Below, one piece after another: positions 39,701-50,663 of a stretch of 64,000 nucleotides of DNA. The stretch lies in the NCBI GenBank assembly GCA_023213395.1, contig CM041465.1:224633741-224697740 (forward strand), in the 5' to 3' direction. A model generated the notes under the pieces. The model was given only the letters and a program-made list of their open reading frames with translations. It had not been told where the DNA came from and made no database searches. Position 1 is the stretch's first letter, and each line of letters opens with the position of its first letter. Source of the DNA: Cycas panzhihuaensis (taxonomy: Eukaryota > Plantae > Cycadophyta). The position numbers and the translations under genes are program-made.

Positions 39701-40585
39701 GGGAAAATATACGGTGGAAGTAGTCCCAAATGACATGTCTAGCACAACGATAGCCACCCAAGAGATCTCCTCAACATTTGATGAAGCCAATTTGTATCAC
39801 ACAACAGAGGAGAATTCGTGCTAAACTTGTATGGAGAACTACCATTAGAAACATCATCGAATGAAGAAGATACTATGAATATGATCAAGAATTGGATGAA
39901 CACTTCATGTGAGGCACAACCCCTCTCATTTTATTGTAATTTGCTATCCATATGTTCTCCAATTGATAGTAAATCAAATAATAACTTAGATTATATGGGT
40001 TCTAATTGTCATGATGAACTTTTAGATAATGAATGGTTGGTAAAAGTAGAGCTTGAAGTAAATAGAAAAGTACATATAAAGCTACTAACTTCTAATCCCC
40101 TCCCTTATCCCAACCCTCACCCTTATCCCCTTCCCAATCCCCCATTCCCCACAGTCAATCTAGGAGATCTGGCCAATCTTCCTTCTGACTCTAAGGAAAC
40201 TTCCACTTCTACCCCTACCGTAGGTCAAATAACCAAGGTAGAAATTCCCTTCCCTACCTCAACCTTCTTATAAACTCCCCAAATTCCCTTTTAGTGAACC
40301 CACCAAGTGAAAATGAGATAGATGGGAATCTCAGGGAATTAGATATAATACTACCTCAAATAGAGGAATCTCATCCAACAAGCCTTATACCAGAGGATAA
40401 AATAGACCTACAAAAGAACATGCCCATATTCCTAGGTGACAAAATGGAAGGCACAAGCCACTTGATTCAGTGCATAGAGCACTGGTTACAATATAAAGTT
40501 CTAAATAGAACTCAATGGGTTTTTGACTTTGTAATTACCTTACGAGACCAAGCATGGTGGTGGTACTTAGCTCCCCACCATATCC

Positions 40586-41595
40586 TGTTAGAAGTAATGT
40601 TTTATCTAGGATACTTCTAGAATATTTTGTAAATAGAACTCGATGGGTTTTTGACTTTGTAACTACCTTACAAGACCAAGCATGGTGGTGGTACTTAGCC
40701 CCCCACCATTCCCCTTTTTCTCTCTAAGTGACAAGTGGCAAGGTCACATTGAGCGGTTGCCATTTGTCTCGTACAAGTTGTAATGTATTTATAGATTCAT
40801 TCTCATTAATGAAGCATTGAGAGTTCTTTCTACATGGTATCGGAGCAAGTTACGACTGTCTGATCAAGAATCAATTTTTTGTCTGAATTTGGACAAGGAG
40901 ACCGTTAGGGTTTTGACAGAAATCAACAAGAGTCAATATAGAGAATCCAATTTCTAAAGGAGAATAATCAATTTAAAGTGTAAGTCATCTCAAAAGACGA
41001 ATTCGATGAAAGAATGAGTGTACAATCAACGTATAGAATCGTACGAACATTGTACGGATGTGAAAATTCGGATTTCTTAGATTGCTCCCAAATTTCACAA
41101 GTAGGATCACAGTAGTATAGATGTCACTTTTCTCCAAAGGTGTGACATGATTTAAAGTCGTTTCAAGGGGGTTTTGGCCCATTTTTGAAAGGCATGGGTT
41201 CAAGAAGGATTCTACTCATTTCTTCAAAACGACTCAATTAATCCGGGTAAAGCATACATCAATATGATCCTCTCATTAATATGAATCATTTAAGACCAAT
41301 TTTGAAGGTAGATTTGGAGTTCTTTTTTGTTTGAAGCATTTTTCACTTTCGGACCTAACTGCCATACAAGACTTCGACCTCCATTTATGATCAGACTAGA
41401 CCTCTTCTGAGAAAAATAATTGTACATTTGGACTTTTCTAATCTAATACTTCGATTTGGATTCCTCTTTTGTCAAATCCTGACCACCCCACAATTAAGTT
41501 CTCTAATATTTTTCTTCGCCTTCATCATTCGATTATGGCCTCCTCCACTATAAACTTTGCTTGAAGCTGATAAATTGACTAAAATGAACTTTAGC
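40586..41595 (+). mobile_element. Copia-4 (lineage uncertain): rearranged short 5' LTR, PBS and truncated leader
   Basis: tgttaga at 40586 ... ttctaCA at 40834, directly followed by PBS tggtatcggagc at 40835-40846; no coding region remains. Confidence 0.6.
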
Positions 41596-43244
41596 ATCAA
41601 TTCCTTCTCCTCCATGTTGGTGTTCTTATGCTTGTGATCTCTATGCTCAAGCTTGCTCATAGTTTTCTTCTCCATGCTAGCTCTCAATAGATGCTAATCA
41701 TCTTTATTCTCATAGCTTTTTCTTCTCTCATTTAGATCCTTAAGGCCTTAGGCTTAATGCCTATTCCCAACATTTGGCATTAGAGCCTTGTGAGAGGAAT
41801 TTTTTCTACTAGTTTTCTTAATTTGCGAGAGGGTTCCAAATCCTTGGTGACAACCTTCGCTCTCTAAAGGTGATCCAAGGTCTGGTTTGGATTATTTACT
41901 GAAGTTTTTCACCATTTTTGGTTATTTGTAGGTTAGAGATGGATTATTTCAAGTTTTGATTTTTTTTTTTCAGACTAATTTCAATGGGTGCAACAGTAAA
42001 ATATTGCTAAAAGTAGTGTTTTTCATTAATTTTTTTCATTAAAAAATTAATTTTTGAAGGATTACTTGCAGATCTCAGGAGATTATTGATTTTATGACTG
42101 TGAATCAGTCTCTTATTTGCTTTTCTCAGTATCTATCTGACATGCAAAAGAAATTTCACTGTTCTAGGTGGATTTTCTACTTGCAGGGCAAATGTTTTTA
42201 ACAAAAATACTTGTTTTTGTTAAATCCTTCATTGAAGACTTGTTCTGGAGTACTCTACAGGTGGTACTACTTTTGAAGAAGATTTCTGAAGCTTTAAAGT
42301 GGGTTTTGAAACCCTCTATATTGCACGGCTACCATTCGATCTTCAACCGATTGTGTGCTTGTTTTAAACTTCATCGGCTTCTATCTTCGCATCTGCAAAA
42401 TAGTTCTACTTGAAATTTAAGGGGTTTCTTTGTATTGATCATATGGCCCTGCTTGCAAAATTTCGTGAGGATCTGAGCTCTCTACAAGTAGATCAATCGA
42501 TCTGAATGTCCATAGAGTTGCGTCCGTCGCCATTCTGTTTCTTAACTTCAAAAATTTTATTTTTTAACATTGACTTATAAACTTTGTTATACAAAAGAGA
42601 ATACTCTTTGAATGTTCTTCTAATATTTTTCATTTCTAAAAGTCAAGTATTTTAAAGTGATTTTATCCTATTTAATCACTTTTAGTTCAAAATTCAGCTT
42701 CTTTCTTTATTTTTTTAAGTTCATAAACAAAAGAAAATTGTAAATGTGTTTTTGACTTAAAAAGGGTGATTTAATGATATTTTGTACTCCAAAGTGAAAA
42801 ATTCACATTATAAGTGATTTCAAAAGGCTCTCTGCGAGGTGAGCTTGTTGCCCTAGTCATAAAAAAGGGCTAAAATTCCTTATTTTAATAAAATCACTTA
42901 TATTTTTTAAGGCTAGTTAGGACTATTTAAAGTCCTAACACGTTGGTGGCATTTGTTTATTTGTGCAAAGTGATTGAATTTGGCATTAATTGGTTGTTTT
43001 TCATTAAACGAACCTACTTGAGCACTACATCAAGTAGGTTATTTCTTATTTTGGACATTTAGTACTTTTTCATGTTTTAAGTACTCTTGAAAACACTTCA
43101 TTTATTAAATTTCTTATATTCAATTGCTTCATTTTGAAGTCATTTTTGATATATTGATTAGCATTGTCGGCAACAACATTACATACTTAAATAAAATTTA
43201 ACTAAACTTAAACCCTTTAAAATTTTACTTTAAAATTTTGTGGG

Positions 43245-43639
43245 AGAGGCCCGAAAAAGGTTAAAACCTTGCCTCTATAATCTCAAGTTTGCTGCATTCC
43301 CTAGGGGACCAACTAACCGTATGGTCAGTGCACAACAATTAAGATTTCTTAGAGTAAAGGGGTTATAAAAGAGTGTTATTGGAGTTGAGAATCCCACGAA
43401 AAGTACAATATGTCCATGCAGATTAGATTTGGCTTGGCCAACTGTTGGATCTACTTATAAAGATCAAGGTTGGACCAACTCCTAATCCTAGTCCTCCATC
43501 CCTCATCACTCTCTTCAGTTGTTGGATCTTCTAGTAAGATCAGGGTTGTTGGTGTGTTAGAAGGTGGAACTTAAGTGACGAAAGCTTTGAGTTTCCTAGT
43601 CATATGCTAGCCTCAAGATCTTTAATCAACTTGAACATA
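43245..43639 (+). promoter_or_regulatory. Conserved structured cis-element upstream of gag AUG, Copia-5 copy
   Basis: Same motif series with apparent compensatory substitutions. Confidence 0.6.
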
Positions 43640-46015
43640 ATGGCTACTACTAAAGATCATGGAATTTCTTGAGATCAGATAATGGAGGTGAATTTGCAGC
43701 TCAATTCTGCAAGAATCATGGAATCAAGCGACAACTCACTACTGCTCATCCACCTCAGTAGAATGGAGTTTTTTAGTGTATAAATAGGACTTTGGCCGAT
43801 AAAACCAAAGCAATGATGCATGTGAAAGGGCTACCTTGTTTCTATTGGGCAAAAGCATTCCACATAGTAGCCTACGTGGAAAATAGGAGTCCAATGCCAG
43901 TAATGACTATATCACACCAGAGGAGGCTTGGTCTAGCAGAACGCCAATAGTTAGCCATTTGAGGACTTTTGGGTGTTCTGCTTATATGCACATTCCCCAA
44001 CTTATATGCACATTCTCCATTAGCAAAGAACCAAGTTAAATAAAAATAGTCTTAAACGTATTTTTGTTGGTTGTACTATTCACAACAAAGCATATAGGAT
44101 ATATGATCCCAATGCTAAGAAAATGCATGTATCTAGAGATGTAATCTTTGTGGAAGACAATGAGGAGTTGAAATTTGCATGTATCCAACTTCCTATTGAA
44201 AAGGACAAGTAGATTGTGGAGGATTTCCTTCCCTCACAGTCATTTACACCATGTACATCTTCAACACCTATTATTCCTTCATCTTCTTCTACCCCAACTA
44301 CTTCAGATTCATCTCCACTTGATCCTGACACTTCTTCTGTTGATCAACCATTACGGCTAGAGGATATTGAGGTTCAAGTGACATCTATTAAAAAGCTACC
44401 TAAATGGTATACAAAGACAGTGAAGGACAATCAAGTCATAGAAGGAAAATGTCCATCCAAGATGAGGCATCAAACAAATTATGCACTTATGGCTGAAGTG
44501 CTTTGAGGCATATAAAAGTGAAAAGTGGAAAGCTGTCATGAATGAAGAAATCCATTTTATTGAAAAGAATGGAATATGGGATTTGGTGAAATTGCCTAAA
44601 AACAAACAGGCAATTAGTTGTAAATGGGTTTATAAAACCAAATTCCACTTTGATGGTTCAATTGAGCGTCATAAGGCTCAACTTATTGCAAAGGGTTTCA
44701 AACAAGAAAAGACATTGATTATGAGGAAACCTTTGCATCCGTAGCAAACATGAATACCATCAGACTTATTTTGGCCTTAGCTACTCAATACAAGTGGCCA
44801 ATTTGCTAGATGGACGTGAAGAGCACCTTTCTCAAAACGATCTTCAAGAGGAGGTATATTTAGAGCAACCTTCTGATTACATTGTATAAGGCAAAAAGCA
44901 TTTCGTTTGCCACCTCAAGAAGGCTTTGTATGGCTTAAAATAGGCCCCTAGAGCATGGGGCTCTAAAATTGATGATTATTTTTTGAGACATGGATTTCAT
45001 CAATCCACATCAGATCCTAACTTGTATATAAAAGTTAGAGAGGACCATGTAGTCTTTGTTGTCTTGTATGTTGATGACTTAGTGATCACTGGAAATGACA
45101 CTAAGATGATAGAAATTCTCCAAGGTGATCTTAAGAGGAGTTTTGTGATGACTGATCTTGGACTCCTCCATTATTTCTAAGGGTTGGAGGTATGGCAATA
45201 GCTAGGTCATATCTTCATCTCCCAAGCAAAATATTCTTGGGACATTTTGTAGCGCTTCAAAATGGAGGATTGCAAACTAACACCTATACCTATGGAGAAT
45301 GGCACTAAGTTAACACTCGATGAGGAAGCAAAACCAACAAATCCCACTTTATATCGGCAACTAGTTGGTAGCCTAATCTACTTCACCAATACTAGACTAG
45401 ACATTTTATTTGTTGTTGGCATTTGTTCCAAGTACATGTCTCAGCCTAATTAGAAATGTCGGAATGCAAAAACGTGTATATTGAGATACATCAAAAGCAT
45501 ATTGCAGCATGGCCTTTAGTATACCCATAATGAGAACTTCATCTTGGAGGGGTTCTCACATTTTGATTGGGTAGGTTGCCAAGATAGTTGCAGATCAACC
45601 TCGCGATATTGTTTCACCCTTGGTTCAGGAGTCATTTTATGGAGAAGCAACCTAATGTTACCTTATCATCCACGGAAGCAGAGTACAAGGCTGCAGTGAG
45701 CACATCTTGTGAGGCTATTTGGCTTAAGAGGATTCTTGGAGAGCTTGGACTTGAGTAGGATCACCCCACTTGGCTATATTGCTACAATCAAAGCGTGTTC
45801 AAGTTGACAAAAAATCTAGTTTTTCATGCATGGACCAAGCACATAGAGGTGCATCACCATTTTATCAAGGAGCACGTTTAGAATGATGAGATTAACCTCT
45901 TCTTCAGACCCACGGACTAGCAGATTGCAGATATCTTTACCAAGCCACTTGGTAGAGAGAAATTTAAGAAATTCAGAGATGATCTTGGTGTTCGACTTAA
46001 CATTGTAAACATAAA
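43640..46015 (+). pseudogene. Copia-5 INT C-half, RT and RNase H remnant
   Basis: ATG at 43640 then an immediate jump to LRSDNGGEF; [33 protein letters not shown]; many stops. Confidence 0.9.
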
Positions 46016-46870
46016 GAGGGGGTGTTAAACCTTTATGTTTACATGTTAAGTAATGTACTTTATATTATTTCATTATATACTTTATGTTAGTGTGACTTAT
46101 CACGTAAGTGATAAAGTGCACACCCATATTCTTTCTAGTGACATAATTGTAAGAATGAGTGGATAAGAGGAGGAGACATGTCATAAAGCACATGTGAAGA
46201 CACAAGAGATGACAATACGACAAATGACTCACAACTCTCCAAATCTCATTAAGAAAAGATGAAAGATACAAATACATATTTATAATTTTACACTAAGTTT
46301 AAACATAGGAGGTGGTTCAACAACTCTAACGCTCCCATGAATTTTGGTGTGCTCAAACTACCTCATTAATAGTTGGAGCATCTTTGACTTCTAGAAACAT
46401 TGACTTGGTATCTTCTCTCACTAGAATATTCTCATCAAGAACATTCTATGTGAGCAAGTATTCTAATGAAATGAAATGAACTTAAATGGACATGTAATGG
46501 GAATGTACATTATTCCAACACCCTCCCATAATGTTAAGTTCATTTCCTAACATAAACATCAGTGTCCTAAGTCTCTCAAAAATTCTCACAACTTAAAGTC
46601 TAAGTGAGAATATTACAACTTGAGGGACAATACATCAACTCAACTATGCCATGCTCCATATGCTGTCGAACAGAATGATGGTAATCTTCTACAAGCTTGA
46701 CTCTGTCATGGAAACCCAATCTTTTGATAGTTGGAAGGTATTTTGTTGTAGTAGAACAACTGAACAAGTCAAATATGGTTGAAAGGCTAATTAAGCCCAA
46801 AATGGCTTCTCGAATGTTGTAGATACTGCTTTGCATACTGTCTTGGTGGAATAAGCTATCCACATCAAGA

Positions 46871-47112
46871 GATCAACCAGAATTAGGTGCCAATGCACAA
46901 TCTGTCATTGATTCGACCTTAACTGCTACAAGAGATCAACTAGAACTAAGTGGTCAATGCACATCCTATCGTTGAATAAGATCAACCAGGACTAAGTGTC
47001 ATCCACACCCTATCGTTGATTAGGCTCAATTAGAATTAAGCGGTCAATGCACATCCTGTCGTTGATTATGATCAACCAGAACTAAGTGTCATCCACATCC
47101 TGTCGTTGAATT
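46871..47112. repeat. Tandem array of five units of 44-46 bp in Copia-6
   Basis: Unit gatcaac(c/t)agaactaagtg...cacatcct(a/g)tcgttga; 46-bp and 44-bp variants alternate. Confidence 0.9.
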
Positions 47113-48004
47113 GCCTTTGCAGTTGCCTTTACAAAGCTCCAAAAGAGGATTTCATCATCCTCATGCAGTACATGCTAGTTGTGATTATCAATGCGTGAAC
47201 ATCACGCTCATTGTCCAGCTTCTCCAAATGTCATAATCTTGGCATACAATATCGTGCTTGATTTTATGCACTATTGTCATTTTCCAAGACATTGTTGCTT
47301 CATAAAATTGTTAGGTGCTTTCATTAACACCACAACACTGCTATTAACATCACCATAACACAATATGCTTTAGCAATAAACTACCCAACTCACAAATAAA
47401 AGAGTTTGCGGTAGACAAAGGTATGATAAGTATCATGTAGGTTGATAAGAGTTATATACTCTACAATTCAACAACATAAGTTACTCGTCTCCTTCAGTTT
47501 CTGCACATGAAGAGAGATAGAGACTAGACATTTTTCAAGAGTAAGCAAGTATCAAGACTCTAATAAATCATTAAGAGTCATTTTGCATCATATGCAAGCA
47601 AATAAAGATGAGCAATCTTCTCATCAACCACTAGCAAATTGATGAACGCTACTGTTCTAGGTTCCAATTCTGCCATGTCATGTCGTGTCATGCCGTATGA
47701 CACCATGTTGTGCTACCAACAATTGGGTCTAGTTTGGCTTCCTATTTTCTCCTTTAACAACTCCCATAGGTCTTTCATAAGACTGGAAACTATTACATTA
47801 CATAAAACTTACATTTTGCCTTCGTGAATCTGGCAAACTATAGCTAGCAATTCACAGACATTTTACGAAGTCTGTAATTAAGAAAAATAAGAAAAATAGT
47901 GTTTAAATCACTGCAAATATGAGTGTCACATCACTCAGTGACCGCAAGGTGAATTATACTGAAAGAGTACAAATAAAAAGGTTTAAAATACCTTTTAAAT
48001 ACAC

Positions 48005-49085
48005 CATTAAAAGAGGATGAGGTACATTAAAGTTCCTCTTAAAGTGCTTTAAAAGGAGGACAAAGTATCTTAAAATCTCCCCTTTAAAACTACTCTCAAA
48101 GTACATTGAAAACTCCTCTTCAAATAGAGTCAAAGATATACTCTAATGAGGATTAGGTACTTGAGAAAAGACTCTTGAAGTACTCTTACATTGAAGCCAA
48201 AAATTGCCCTTGAAAGAAGACAAAATAAAGCTTGAAATCTTACAATCTTCATAAGGTATTATACCCTTTTATGCCATCAAAAATTGTACCTTAATGAAGA
48301 GGATGAAATGTATTAAAAATCCTCTTAAGGTACTTTACATGTTGCAAAAATGCTCTTTTGTGCCACCAAGAATGTACTTTAAAGAAGAGGATTAGATGCA
48401 TTAAAGATCCTCTTAAAGTACTCTTCTATGAAGCCTTCAAAGCTTGCCCTTTAAAGGAGGGAAATTTTCTTAAGATAACCCTTTTTGTTGCAAAAAAATA
48501 CATCCTTTAAAATGATTCTAAAAGGATGCCAAAAGTGTATTTGAAAGAGGATATAATGCATAAATAATCCTCATTAAACACTTTTATGTCACCAAAATAC
48601 AACTGCCATAAATATCCTTTAAAGAAGATAATATAAATCTTCTTAAGATATGCCATTTTTTTGCTAAAAATACTTCCTTTAAAGAGGATAAAGTATAAAA
48701 TTTGATAACTTTAAAATCCTTTTAAAGTGTTGTTTATACATAGTCAAAAAAGTACTATTTATGCCACCAATAGATACTTTAAAGAAGAGGATAAGGTACT
48801 TGAGACAATCCTCTTAAAGTATCCTTATGTCACTAAAAATATCATTTTAAAAAAAGGACAAAATATATATGAACATAGTCTTCTTGAGGTGCCCTTTTAT
48901 GTCGCCATGAGATGCTCTTTAAAAGAGGATAAAAGATCCTCTTTATGCTGCCTAAAAAAGACTGAAAGATATTAAGAAGACATGATGCATGGGAGAATAT
49001 TCTTAAGATGTCCTTTCAATTTAAAGAGAAATACATTAAAAGAGAATCGATACATGATATTAATGATATTAAATCCTCTTATTAT
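48005..49085. repeat. Array of about 10 spaced palindromic motifs AAGAGGAT-N(5-25)-ATCCTCTT in Copia-6
   Basis: Clear copies start at about 48011, 48297, 48385, 48545, 48682, 48785, 48923, 49040, plus degenerate ones. Confidence 0.8.
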
Positions 49086-50663
49086 ATCTCCCCAATTGCT
49101 AAAGAATATTTCACAAAATAATAAGTATCTCTCAAAATATAAGAGATAATAAGTATGTGAAATAATATTTGAAAGATAATTAAAAGTTCTCTATAACTCT
49201 TAACATTAGAAAGAACTTATAATCGAAATAAGCATATTCTTTTGAATATGCTAAAGTATATAATGTAATGTTAAACATTACATCTTATTGAAATCTTTTT
49301 AATTAGCTTTGATTTCCAATTTTCGGCGACGAGTGGCTGGGCGGCGGCGACTTGGTTTTTCTGGCGGGCAACTGTTCAACGGCGAACGGTGACGTGAGTG
49401 GTGGCTCTTTGGTGGCATGGCTCCGGATATCGTGCATGTGGTGACTGTGGCGGCTCGTCTGGCGACTCCCCGACCATAGGCAGGTGGTGCAGGGATGACG
49501 GTGATTAGAGGCGGCTCCCTTTACGGCGACTCAAATGTCTTCCCTACAATTCGTCCCACGTCCTGCAATAGATTTTGATTTTAAGCGACAGTGAGAAGGG
49601 CGGCAGATCAACAGAGGGTTGCGTCTTCGACAGGGCAAAGTGCGGTGGAGGCTTCACAAATAGCGCAAGGGCAACGCACCATGCACTAGCAGGCAGACTA
49701 TAGTCCTTGAACAGGCGTGCGACCAGGTGATGGATGAAGGACAAAGGTGTCTGGCGGCTCTATGAAGCACTAGCGGCCCCGAATTACTGACGGCTCATAA
49801 CAAAGGCTTACATTTTTTCATCAGTCAATCCATCTAACTCTCCGAACTGAATATCATTGTTAGTTACATATATTAAATCGTAACAGTCTTTTCTCAGGAA
49901 TCAATAAGAGAGCAGTTAATGAAGAAATCTGTGTAAGGAGATAGCCAATATTTGCAGCACTTGCAGTGGTGTTTCTTCAAGACAAACACTTCATGCTATT
50001 TACAGTCAGATTAGTATCCATAAGAGGAGAGAGGCCCTTTTTTTTTTTTTTTTTTAAAGACAGAACCTTGCACATACATGGACAAAAATCAGAGACACAT
50101 ATGGCAGAACACAAGTGTCAAGAACCTAAGCTCTGATACCATGTAAGAATGAATGGATAAGAGGAGGAGACATGTCATAAAGCACATGTGAAAAGACACA
50201 AGAGATGACAATATGACAAATGACTCACAACTCTCCAAATCTCATTATAAGAGATGAAAGATACAAATACATATTTATAACTTTACACTAAGTCCAAACA
50301 TAGGAGTTGGTTCAACAACTCTAACGCTCCCATGAATTTTGGTGTGCTCAAACTACCTCATTAATAGTTGGAGAATCTTTGACTTCTAGAAACATTGACT
50401 TGGTATCTTCTTTCACTAGAATATTCTCATCAAGATCATTCTATGTGAGCAATTACTCTAATGAAATGAGATGAACTTAAATGGACATATAATGGGAATG
50501 TACATTATTCCAACAATAACATTGTAACTTGGGGGTCAATATACCCCTCATGCATCTTTGCTCACAAGAGAGCCCAAGGGACACTTGTCCTTTATGCATC
50601 TGTATATCTTGCATGTTTGATATTCATCAAACATGTAGTCTCTCAGAGTCTCTCCTCATAATC

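Larger units (their letters stand above)
28789..40585 (+). mobile_element. Gypsy-4: 5' part of a Gypsy element, probably non-chromovirus; LTR of about 935 bp (28789-29360 + 36628-36990) split by Copia-3; gag and protease present, RT onward absent
   Basis: Termini TGTAGAC...GTCAACA followed by a PBS-like tggttcc; a repeat array of about 41 bp continues across the Copia-3 insertion; Retrotrans_gag motifs (SLRGVPLAWY, QKPGESVMTYISR), CCHC knuckles, protease IIVDGGAIVNVL. Confidence 0.72.
46148..50515 (-). mobile_element. Copia-6: non-autonomous (LARD/TRIM-like) Copia derivative, 4.37 kb, nested in the Copia-5 3' LTR
   Basis: LTRs at 50142-50515 (5') and 46148-46520 (3'); revcomp PBS gctctgatacca at 50130-50141; PPT at 46521-46527; TSD ataat/ataac; only recognisable coding relic is an RNase H tail (GFHDRVKLVEDYHHSVRQH) at about 46560-46740. 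Confidence 0.92.

Noticed and set aside
46871-47112. Possible CRISPR array
   Set aside because: Units are contiguous tandem copies without unique spacers.
48005-49085. CRISPR-like appearance of palindromic repeats with spacers
   Set aside because: Eukaryotic TE context, degenerate repeats, irregular spacing, spacers related to each other, no cas genes.
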